Notes under the pieces: model-generated
Databases searched by the model: none
The model's input: the letters and a program-made list of their open reading frames with translations, nothing else
What the model was told of the DNA's origin: nothing
Assembly (NCBI GenBank): GCA_918797485.1
Contig: CAKKNE010000003.1
Span: 682,001-746,000 of the forward strand
Origin: Pelagomonas calceolata
Lineage: Eukaryota
DNA length: 64,000 nt
Direction of reading: 5' to 3'
Translations under genes and position numbers: made by a program
In this document: positions 43,270 to 52,000 of the stretch, piece by piece
Numbering within the stretch: the first letter of the stretch is position 1
Layout of the letters: each line of letters starts with the position of its first letter

Positions 43270-43600
43270 TTACACACTAGTTTCGCGGGCGCGGAGCAAG
43301 GCTCGCACGTTTCGCAATTGGTGCTCAATCGCCGTAGTGAGCGGGTGTGCGCCACCAAGCACGCGCCGTGCTATCAGATCCGTCTCCTCGAGCGTTGTCA
43401 CGGCCTCGTGAAGATCGTTGAGCGTGGCTCCGGGGTCCCTGCCCAACGCAAGCGCGTAATTGCACCTCAAATCGAGCGTCACATCAGAACTATCTCCGAG
43501 AACGCGTCGGGCCACGGGAATATTTTTGCGCAACAGTTTCTTGGCTTGTCCGAAGCGCTGTAGATCAACAAGGGACGACGCGTAGTTGTTGGCCGCTATA
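43270..43600 (-). pseudogene. 5'-truncated TPR protein, same family as 28539-29015
   Basis: AANNYASSL, PVARRVLG, ATLNDLHEAVTTLE, RRVLGGAHP. Confidence 0.7.
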
Positions 43601-43846
43601 ATCGGCTGGAGTATAGTTCTCCGCGGCATTTACATGGGAAGCCTCATCCTCGGCGCTTCGCGGCAGGACGCCTTCGGCTACACGTTCGTCGCGGCGGCGC
43701 TCAACGCTCTCCGGTTTGCGCTCTCGGGCGACGCTGAAACCGTCGGAGTTGGGAAGAAAGGGCAGGTCTTCTTCGTCGCGTTCCCATTGCTCGTCGCCCT
43801 AGCATCGTTCGCGACGCTCGAACCGTCGGAATTGCTCTCCCCGTAG
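43601..43846 (+). pseudogene. 3' part of a multi-TM membrane protein
   Basis: IGWSIVLRGIYMGSLILG...FFVAFPLLVALASF*; abuts the TPR fragment with no promoter space. Confidence 0.45.
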
Positions 43847-43855
43847 TGCGATCTA

Positions 43856-45475
43856 CTAGCTATCCTTAATCCCAAGCTCCCCACTAAGTTCATCACACAG
43901 AAGCCGCGCAGACGTGAGCACGAGGGGCACGCCATTCCCCGGCCGCGTCGACGCGCCGACGAATGAGAGGCCGTCGACACGGCTCGACTGGCGCGATGGC
44001 CTAAACAGAGCGAGCTGGTCGAGCCCGTGCGCGAGGCCGAAGACGGAGCCGCGGCGCAGCCCGAGGCCGTCCCGCCATTCTCGAGGATCGATGACGCGCT
44101 CGTGAATAACGTGGGACTCGATGTCTGCTCCCGCAGATTTATTGAGCCGCTCGTAAACAGCAGTTCGCGCCTTCGCGATCCAGGCGTCCACGAGCGCGTC
44201 GTCGGCGTTGTCGTCTAGGGGCGGCGTCGGGCATAGGACCATGAGCGAGTCGCCGTCGGCCGGCGCCGCGGTCGCGTCCGTCCTACTATTACAACACAGG
44301 TAGAAATGAAATCCGTTGGCCGGGAACGCCGTCGATGCGCCCCTAGGCGGCAGCTGGTCGTCCCACGCCGCGAGGAAGGGATCGTCGTCGTCGTCGTCCT
44401 CCGACAGGAAAACGTTGTGGTGCTGCAGCTGCTCAAAGCGCCGGTCCAGCGCCCACAGAAACGTGATCGACGACGTCGAGAAGCGACCTTTGGCGTAGTC
44501 CGAGCGAGACTCACTACCCAAGAGCTTTGGCTCCGCGGCGGCCAGGTCGGCGTTGACCACGACGGCGTCAGCGTCGATGGTCTCGCCGCTCGCCGTCCGC
44601 ACTCCCGTCGCGCGGCCCTCGTCCACCAGGACCTCCTCGACACTTGTAACGGTCCGTATATCGACACCGCTCGCCGTCGCCGCGTCGGCGAGGAGTTGGG
44701 GGAACTGCCCGAAGCCACCCAGCGGATAGAAGACGCCGACGTCGGGCCGTCCCGCATCAGGATTCTCCGCGACGTTATCGAGTTCGATCGCCGCGAGCAG
44801 CGAGAAGACCGCGGGCGCTTCCACGGGTGACAGGCCCACGTAGAGGTCTTCGAAGGAGCAGAGCGCCCGTAAGCGTGGCGAGTCCGGGAACAGTCTCCGT
44901 AACTGCGCGTCGTGGCCGAACAGCGGCCACTTCCACACAGCGCTCACAGCCGTGGCGAGGAACCGCGGTACCAATTTGACCAGGGATGCGGGAGAAATAT
45001 CCTCCTCGATGAAGATCGGCCAGCCCGCCCGCAGGTACTCGCGCGCCGTCGCTCGGTACTCCTCGAAACGATCAAAGCCGCCTGGGGCTTCAAGGTCGAG
45101 GCGTTGTCGCAGGTCCTGTCGGTCGCCTCCCAGAATCACGGGGCCGCGGTCCGCGTGCTGCTCGTACCAGACGGCGTAAGCCGGTGCGACTCGTTTGATG
45201 TCGAGCTGCTCGGCGCCGGCGGCTTCCAGAGCGTCGCGATAGACGTCCGGTAGTAATAATAGAGACGCGCCGGTCTCCCATCGATGTTGCTGCCAGCGGT
45301 ATTCGCCGACGCGGCCGCCGACTTTATCGTTTTTCTCCAGCACCGTGACTCGTGCGCCGCGGCGTGCGAGTCTACCGGCGGTTGCGAGGCCGCCGACGCC
45401 ACCGCCGACAACCACGACGTGCGGCGGCTGCAGTGCGGCACTGCTCGCGAGGATGAATGCGAGCTTCAGCCGCAT
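43856..45475 (-). CDS. crtI: CrtI-family phytoene desaturase / carotenoid FAD oxidoreductase, plastid-targeted
   Basis: VVVVGGGVGG, GGR..WETGASLL, YVGLSP, GSVFGLAH, FVGASTRPGNGVPLV. Confidence 0.8.
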   Translation of the reverse strand: MRLKLAFILASSAALQPPHVVVVGGGVGGLATAGRLARRGARVTVLEKNDKVGGRVGEYRWQQHRWETGASLLLLPDVYRDALEAAGAEQLDIKRVAPAYAVWYEQHADRGPVILGGDRQDLRQRLDLEAPGGFDRFEEYRATAREYLRAGWPIFIEEDISPASLVKLVPRFLATAVSAVWKWPLFGHDAQLRRLFPDSPRLRALCSFEDLYVGLSPVEAPAVFSLLAAIELDNVAENPDAGRPDVGVFYPLGGFGQFPQLLADAATASGVDIRTVTSVEEVLVDEGRATGVRTASGETIDADAVVVNADLAAAEPKLLGSESRSDYAKGRFSTSSITFLWALDRRFEQLQHHNVFLSEDDDDDDPFLAAWDDQLPPRGASTAFPANGFHFYLCCNSRTDATAAPADGDSLMVLCPTPPLDDNADDALVDAWIAKARTAVYERLNKSAGADIESHVIHERVIDPREWRDGLGLRRGSVFGLAHGLDQLALFRPSRQSSRVDGLSFVGASTRPGNGVPLVLTSARLLCDELSGELGIKDS

Positions 45476-45848
45476 GCTTCAGAGACTGAACCCTTTACTC
45501 GCACGCATTCATGCGCGGCGGCGTTTGCCCTGCAGTTGTGAGGCAACACTGATGGACAAGCTGCAGCGCTCAAGAGATGCGTTTTTCCGCCCTTACAGCG
45601 ATGAGCAGTGATAAAGTATGCTGCTGGCGTTGTGCGATGCGTGGAATCCAGAAATAGGGGCGATTAGACGCTCTTTTGCGACTGAGGCTGTACACAAGCC
45701 CTCCGTGGCAATGGGCTTGTAAAGCGCTGCTAACGGCGAGATCAGTCGTGGCGAACTCGTCACTCTCTCTACGGTATCACCGAAAGTACGCGAACACGGT
45801 GGGAGCGCGGCGGTAGCGGCAGCGGCTTCCCACACAGCAAAGCAAATC

Positions 45849-46742
45849 ATGGCATCCCTGAGGCTCGCAGCAATGGTCTCCGTGGTCTGCGCCCTGGCGC
45901 CGGCGCCTAGATCACCGGTGCGAAGGCGGCCGGTCGCGCGTGCGATCGATGATTACGTAATGGACGCGGTCCGCGCGATCCAAGATGCCGCGGACGTCGC
46001 GGCACCTCTCGTCAAGTCGGGCGTCGACGCGGCGGCGCCTATCGTCAAGGCAGGCGCCGACGCTGCGGCGCCGGTGGTCAAACAGGGTCTCTCGAAGACG
46101 GCCGAGGCGGCGGCCAGCGGATTGTCGGCGGCCGAGCGGGCGGCGTTGACCGAGGAGCAGATCAGACAGCTCGCCAAAGCTGGGCAGGTCGCGGGACAGG
46201 TCGGCGACGTTGCGGGTTTCGTGGGTCGCGGCGCCCTCAAAGCTGGCAAAGGCGTCGTCGACGCGGCCGTGCCGTACGTTGAGCCTTCTGCGCGGCTCGT
46301 CGGGCGCGCCGCAAACGATCTGTTGGACAAACAATCGCTGAGCGAAGGGACGCGCGCCGCCCTGGCGGAGAGCGGACGCGGTGCTGAGCAAGCGGCTGCC
46401 CGCGGCGTTGGGTCACTACTCCGCGGCGCAGCGAAGGTGCTCGACGGTGGCGGAGACGTTGCGCCGCCCGCACCACGAAGCGGCGCGGCGAACGTCGCCG
46501 ACGCGTTCGGCTCATCGCTAGGTCGCGCCCTTGCTCCCTATGCCGCCGGCCTCGCGGTGTTGGCTGTGGCGCTCGCGGCACTCCGCGAACTGTTCGCTCC
46601 CGTGGAGAAGGTCGCGCGGCAGGCGCTCTCGCTCGCTTTGCTTGCGGCCGTCGTCGCGTTCTGCGTCGACCACTGGGACGCGGTATACGGGAGCTTCCAG
46701 GTCGTGTCGGGAGAGAAGCCCCTGTTCGCGTGGCCGTTTTGA
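45849..46742 (+). CDS. Plastid-targeted Ala-rich membrane protein
   Basis: Signal peptide; DAAAP repeats; two C-terminal TMs. Confidence 0.6.
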   Translation: MASLRLAAMVSVVCALAPAPRSPVRRRPVARAIDDYVMDAVRAIQDAADVAAPLVKSGVDAAAPIVKAGADAAAPVVKQGLSKTAEAAASGLSAAERAALTEEQIRQLAKAGQVAGQVGDVAGFVGRGALKAGKGVVDAAVPYVEPSARLVGRAANDLLDKQSLSEGTRAALAESGRGAEQAAARGVGSLLRGAAKVLDGGGDVAPPAPRSGAANVADAFGSSLGRALAPYAAGLAVLAVALAALRELFAPVEKVARQALSLALLAAVVAFCVDHWDAVYGSFQVVSGEKPLFAWPF

Positions 46743-46806
46743 ATCCCTTGCCCTCCTAGGGGGCGTGGATATGTTGTAGATTGTATGCATCCAGAGTTTT
46801 TACTGA

Positions 46807-47157
46807 CTAGGGTTTAGTGAGGAGGTACTCCGTGACTTTGTGGAGATCATCCGTGGCGCGCGTCAGATGCTCGTCAATCCCAGAAATAAACTCTTGGTCA
46901 TCCGAATCATAATCATGACTATGTGTGTGGCGCTGAGTCTCCCCCAATCGCTTGTGGTAGATCACGAAGTACCGGAACATGCGTTTCGCGTGTCGAGCAA
47001 ACGGCACGCGCTCCGCCTCGTTCAATGCGAGGAAGAACGAGGGGAAGTGCCGCACCATATAATTCTCCGCTTGCTCCCGTTCGTCATATAGTGCGTTCGC
47101 ACACTCCCCTTGAAGTAGGACAAATAACCCAGTACCACCGCTTCCCTCCCGCGACAT
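46807..47157 (-). CDS. Hypothetical protein or 3' gene fragment
   Basis: Protein-like ORF with lower GC; begins about 25 nt after the La stop codon. Confidence 0.35.
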   Translation of the reverse strand: MSREGSGGTGLFVLLQGECANALYDEREQAENYMVRHFPSFFLALNEAERVPFARHAKRMFRYFVIYHKRLGETQRHTHSHDYDSDDQEFISGIDEHLTRATDDLHKVTEYLLTKP

Positions 47158-47181
47158 AATTGTTAAGATGCAACACACAGA

Positions 47182-47916
47182 TTACTTCTTGCCCCCCTTT
47201 CCAGCAAAGCTCCCGGGCCGAATCTTCGAGCCCCCAAGCTTCGGAGCAGCGGCCTCCGCGACGTTCCGCCGCCGCCGCCGCGCTTGCGCCACCGCCGGCG
47301 ACCGCGAGAGGTCCTTCCACCGCCGGTCGATGCGCTCCCACTCGCCTTTTGTGAGCACGGCGACGCCGTCGACGCCGTCCAACGCCGCGACGGCCTTTTG
47401 CGCGGACTCGCGCGCCTCGAACTCTACGAAGCCAAAACCACGGCCCCGCGGGAGCGATACATTTGCCACGGTTCCGTGCGGGGCAAAGCGCGCCTGAATA
47501 CTGTCGATCGAGGCGTCGTCGGCGACGGGCTCCACATACACCGTCCGCGCGGCGAGCTCCTTCGCGTCGACCTCGACGTAGGGTTGAGCGCGGCGGATTT
47601 TCGTGCCGTCGTCGGAGAGCTCCAGCGCGCTCGACGCACGCGTAGCGGTTAATGCGACGCTTGGGATCGTCTTGGCCCGTTTCTTCGCTGGCTCTCCGTC
47701 AGTAGTACTAGGCAGCTCGTCGAGAATCGTGCGCGCACGCGAGAAGGCCAGCACGTGCTCCAAATCGACCCATTGCCGAAGCGTGCTATCGTCGTCGGCG
47801 CCCGCCAGGCCCTTCAGGTGTGCGTCCCTTCTCAAGTTGGCGTCGCTGAAATAGTACTCCAGTTGCTTTTGGAGTTTCGCGGCGACGGCGTCCGGCGCGC
47901 CGTCGCTGCTGGCCAT
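47182..47916 (-). CDS. La-motif plus RRM protein
   Basis: KQLEYYFSDANLRRD, ELSDDGTKIRR, RGFGFVEF. Confidence 0.88.
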   Translation of the reverse strand: MASSDGAPDAVAAKLQKQLEYYFSDANLRRDAHLKGLAGADDDSTLRQWVDLEHVLAFSRARTILDELPSTTDGEPAKKRAKTIPSVALTATRASSALELSDDGTKIRRAQPYVEVDAKELAARTVYVEPVADDASIDSIQARFAPHGTVANVSLPRGRGFGFVEFEARESAQKAVAALDGVDGVAVLTKGEWERIDRRWKDLSRSPAVAQARRRRRNVAEAAAPKLGGSKIRPGSFAGKGGKK

Positions 47917-48068
47917 GGTGCTGATTTGCTATCTGGGGTGTCCGGCCGGCCGCGCTGCTGGCGATGGTCGAGTGATCGATGTGTGCTTGAACGAGAAGCT
48001 GGCTGCTCAACTGTGCAAGCTCGCTCGTGCTTGTTGTTGCCTCTTTTTGCTTGGCGTGCAAAACTGGG

Positions 48069-48090
48069 CTAGCGTCCGGTAACACACTAG
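48069..48090 (+). promoter_or_regulatory. CTAG-bounded promoter-region motif, copy 11
   Basis: CTAGCGTCCGGTAACACACTAG, one mismatch to copy 10. Confidence 0.65.
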
Positions 48091-48164
48091 CAGGGGCTCA
48101 CGCACGACCTCAAATCGGCCTTAAACGAGCGCTTACACATTGCCATTACAACGTGTATGGCACA

Positions 48165-50072
48165 ATGACTGCCCTCTTGCAGCAAGTGCTGCTGCTGCTG
48201 GCCGCAAGACCATGCGTGCCCCTCGTCGCAACACTGAAAGCACCAAAAACCATCACGCCTCCCCAAGCGGGCAAGCCATCGATCTACCACCGCGCGCCGA
48301 CGCCCTACGAAGTCCCTGAAAGTGCGCTCGCGACGCTCGAGGCCGAAGGCTTGTGTGTCGTGGACAACTGGGCGCCGCAAGCCGACGTCCAAGCATTACG
48401 ACGAGACGTCGACCAGCTCTGGGACGCCGGCAAGTTCATCGCGTCCAAGGTCGGCTCGCGCTCGGTGAGCGCCGACGGCTCGATCACCGACAGCAAGACG
48501 CTCGAGGAGGAGACGCGCCGCGCGCAGACGGCGTGGCTGCGGCCGCCCCCGGACCCGTCCGTGGGCGACGTGGACGCCAGGCGGAAGCTCGACGGACAGC
48601 TCGAGTCATTGAGAGAGAAACTGATCGAGAACTCGGGCGCACCCTTGCTCCGGACGATGGAGCTCTCGTACGCGAAATACCCGGTCGGCGGCTATTACCG
48701 GAGGCACATCGACGTGCCCCGGTCCGTATACTACATGCTGGGCCGGAACGGCGCCACGGACTATAGCTTGCAGGAGCGCCGGGAATACTCCATTTTACTG
48801 TATCTAAATGCCCAGGACTGGAGCCACCGCGACCACGGCGGCGCGTTGCGCGCGGAGATCGGCGAGGACAAGGTCGGCGTCTCGCCGCGCGGCGGGCGGC
48901 TCGTCATTTTTCACTCGGACTGCATCCCGCACGCCGTCGAGGAGGCGCCGGAGCGCGGCCGCGTCGCCGTCGTCGGCTGGCTGCGCACGCGGCGGAGCGA
49001 CGAGGCGACTTCACTAAGGGAGTCGCCGCGGTTCCGCGCGGCGGAGCGGCTCGAGCGTTTTGGCCACGACGGGTCTGCGAAAAGGCAGTTCCAGCGGTGC
49101 CTCGAGCACCTCACAAATCCAGTCGAGAAAGCCTACTGCTACGCGCGCGTCGCGCACTGCGCCTTCGACGGGCTCGGCGACCGCGCGGCGGCGGCCCAAG
49201 CGTGGCGGTCGGCGATCGAACTGGACCCGGCGTCGGCCGTGGCGCGCGCGGGCCTAGGCATGACGACGACGAACGCGACGGAGCGCGCCGAAGCATTAAA
49301 CGAGGCGCAGGCGCTGCAACCGCGCGACGCGAGAACTGCATTAATACGAGCGGCGTCATCAAATAACGACGCCGAGCAGCTTGAGATACTGGACGGTTTG
49401 TTAGCCTCGAGCCCCGAGACGCGGTGTCTCGCCGAGAGTCTCCTGTGGCTCCACGAGCACAACTTCGACTCCAGTAAAGCATTGGAACCGACTCGTAGTA
49501 TCCTAGAGCAGGCCGCGCAATTCGCTATTGAAGCGTTTGGAGACGACGAGGAGAACATCTGCGCCGAGTTTGGCACCTATCATGGTCGAAGCTTACGAGT
49601 GCTGGATCAGCGCCTCCCTCACAATTGGCAGCTGCACGGCTTCGACTCCTTTGTGGGCCTGCCGGAGCAATGGCGCCACGAGCCGGCCGGCAGCTACAGC
49701 GTGACGGGCGACCGCGGCTCGGCGACGGGCTGCTTCCCGGCGCGCGCGGAGCTCCACGCGGGCTGGTTCAACGAGACGGCGGGGCCCTTCGCGCGCCGTG
49801 TTATTGAAGACGGCGACGCGTTGGCGCTGCTCCACGTCGACTGCGACTTGTACTCGTCGGCGCGCGACTGTCTTAGTGCATTGGCGCCCCTGCTCCAACG
49901 GGGCTCGGTCGTGCTCTTCGACGACTTTCTCGCGCACGAGACGTGGCGCGACGACGAGAAGAGGGCGTGGGACGAGGCCATCGAGGAGAACGGCCTCGCG
50001 GTGGAAGTGGTGGCGGCGTCGCTCCTGTCGAAGCAGTGCTGCTTCCGCGTGGTGGGTAAGGACGGGTCTTAG
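48165..50072 (+). CDS. 2OG-Fe(II) oxygenase + TPR + TylF/MycF-like methyltransferase fusion
   Basis: YRRHID, LYLN, HAV..R..VVGW; EFGTYHG, HGFDSFVGLP, GWFNET, LHVDCDLYSS, FDD. Confidence 0.8.
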   Translation: MTALLQQVLLLLAARPCVPLVATLKAPKTITPPQAGKPSIYHRAPTPYEVPESALATLEAEGLCVVDNWAPQADVQALRRDVDQLWDAGKFIASKVGSRSVSADGSITDSKTLEEETRRAQTAWLRPPPDPSVGDVDARRKLDGQLESLREKLIENSGAPLLRTMELSYAKYPVGGYYRRHIDVPRSVYYMLGRNGATDYSLQERREYSILLYLNAQDWSHRDHGGALRAEIGEDKVGVSPRGGRLVIFHSDCIPHAVEEAPERGRVAVVGWLRTRRSDEATSLRESPRFRAAERLERFGHDGSAKRQFQRCLEHLTNPVEKAYCYARVAHCAFDGLGDRAAAAQAWRSAIELDPASAVARAGLGMTTTNATERAEALNEAQALQPRDARTALIRAASSNNDAEQLEILDGLLASSPETRCLAESLLWLHEHNFDSSKALEPTRSILEQAAQFAIEAFGDDEENICAEFGTYHGRSLRVLDQRLPHNWQLHGFDSFVGLPEQWRHEPAGSYSVTGDRGSATGCFPARAELHAGWFNETAGPFARRVIEDGDALALLHVDCDLYSSARDCLSALAPLLQRGSVVLFDDFLAHETWRDDEKRAWDEAIEENGLAVEVVAASLLSKQCCFRVVGKDGS

Positions 50073-50076
50073 GCAC

Positions 50077-50178
50077 CTACTCCTCGATCGTGATCGTCTC
50101 GACGCGCACGGCATCAATGGGTTTGTCCCGGCCGTCCGTCGGGACGCCCTCGATCTCCTTGACGATGTCCATGCCTTG
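50077..50178 (-). pseudogene. C-terminal fragment of a cyclophilin-type PPIase
   Basis: QGMDIVKEIEGVPTDGRDKPIDAVRVETITIEE*; not in the ORF track. Confidence 0.7.
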
Positions 50179-51895
50179 GCGCCGCGTCGCCGACCTCCCG
50201 TTCGCCCTGTCCGATTTCACGGCCACGCTGGTCCCGAACCGCGGCCGCATTGTTATCGTCGGCGGCTGCGATGAAGATCAAGTGGCGGAGGATGAATGGA
50301 CCTTCTGCCCGTCCATCTCCAAGAAAGTGCTCCTCTACGACTACGCGGCGGACACGTGGTCGCGCGGCCTCGACGCACCGCGGGAGCGCTACCGCCACGC
50401 GGCGGCCACCGACGGTCGCAAGCTCTACGTGCTCGGCGGCCGCGACGTCGCGGAGAACCTCGTGCCGCAGACGGACGTTTATGATACGCAGACCGGCAAG
50501 TGGGCCACGATCGCCGCCGAGGTGCCGCGGTCCGATTTGGGCGCGATCTGGAACGACGCCGGGGATTTGGGATTGCTGGGTCCCCACATCTTCGTGGCCG
50601 GCGGCTACAACGCGGACTACTCCGTCGCCTTCGCCGACACTCTCAAAATCAACCCGGAGACCGGGGAGACCTCGCCGGGCGCGAACCTACTCACGGGCCG
50701 GGGCGACTTCGGCTTCGTGAGCACGGGGGCCAACGCCCGCGCCTACGCCGTCGGCGGCTTCAACTCGGACGACTTCTGCACGCCGTTGGCGTCGGTGGAG
50801 ACGCTCGACCTGAACAGCAACTGGCCCGACTTCGCGCCGTCGAAGCCTTTGTTGGTGGCTGTGTGGAAATCAAAATTTTATGGCGCGTTCGTGCTGAATC
50901 ATCGTGTCGTCCTCCACGCCATCGACGCGACGCCTGCTCGATGGCGTGGCGATGCCGGTTCTTCGCCGCTCGACCGAGCCAGGTCGGTCGCGTCATCGCC
51001 GAGAAATGACTTCGTGAAGAATTGTCGGGTGCACCCGACGCACTGGTTGATTTCCACACAGGTTGGTGGGGCGGGCTGACAAGGCCGTGGCCTACGGCGA
51101 GGACGCCCTGTTCGCCGTCGGCGGCGAGCGCAACCCGCAGTGCTCGGGCAGCGCGCCGCAGGACGACGTCGAGAAGCTGGGCGCTGTGTGGAAATCAAAT
51201 TTCGGGCGCCCCATCGACGCGATATTGTCCCCGTAGCTGTGCCTGCGCGATGGCCTGGATTCCACGCCATCGACGCGACGTTGTCCCCGTGGCCGCGTCG
51301 GCTCGATAACGTAACTCACCGGTTGATTTCCGCAGGCTGGGCGTGCACCCGGAGAGCGACGGCTGGGCGGTCATTTCGGATCTGCCGGACGAGCGCTTCC
51401 GCAACGCGGCCGTCGTCGTCGAGGGCTGGCTCTACATCTTCGGCGGCCAGGACGAGGCGACGCAGAACTGCCTGAGCAACAGCGCGTGCTACCCCGTGCG
51501 CGAGACGGCCTGGCGCCTGTGGGTCGGCGAAGGACCGGACCCCACGCCCGACGAGAACACGGGCGGGGGCAAGAAGGGCGGCGGCCACCCGCGCAAGAAG
51601 CGCGAGTCGCGCATCACGTGGGCCGTGATCTTCGCCGTCATCGTACGGGCCCGTGCAGACATCAATTGACGCGTCGACGGCGTGGGGTTGACGCGATGAT
51701 TCCGCGCAGGCCCTCGTCATCATCCTCGTGGCCATCTGCCTCTTCCTCAAGTGCCGCAAGGCCCAGCAGGAGGCCCGAGCCCGCGGCTCGACGAACTGGC
51801 AGGCGCCGCCGCCGTCCGTCGAGCTCGGCAAGCCGGAGCCGGCGCCGGGGCACTGGCGCCCGGCCGACGAGATGCAGACGCAGACGCCCGTGTGA
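50174..51895 (+). CDS. Kelch-repeat type-I membrane protein, 5' truncated; introns 50851-51061, 51176-51335, 51643-51709
   Basis: Kelch repeats stay in frame after splicing (KPL|LVGRADK, VEK|LGVHP, AVI|ALVIILV); C-terminal TM. Confidence 0.75.
50859..51061. mobile_element. Intact introner element, 203 bp
   Basis: TIR ctgtgtggaaatcaa/ttgatttccacacag; perfect 8-bp TSD gttggtgg (50851-58, 51062-69). Confidence 0.95.
51184..51335. mobile_element. Introner element, 152 bp (GC-AG intron)
   Basis: TIR ctgtgtggaaatcaa/ttgatttccgcag; perfect TSD gctgggcg (51176-83, 51336-43). Confidence 0.93.
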
Positions 51896-52000
51896 GTTCA
51901 CGTCTCTACTCTGGATATCACCATACCCCCCTCATCCTTGAAGATATCCTGCGCCGCGGACTAATCGTGTGTATATAATCCAGGTGACACTATGAACACA

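Noticed and set aside
23191..47161. ATAAT near several junctions (23191, 28551, 43599, 47156) as a breakage signal
   Set aside because: Absent at 50177 and 32170; too short to distinguish from chance
38814..50072. TauD, CrtI and 2OG-methyltransferase as a biosynthetic cluster
   Set aside because: Interspersed with unrelated genes and split by probable junctions at about 43600 and 47160
50851..51079. ORF extension [17 protein letters not shown]...HWLISTQ as a protein domain
   Set aside because: Translation of the introner; the same pseudo-peptides appear at 5855, 51184 and 56045
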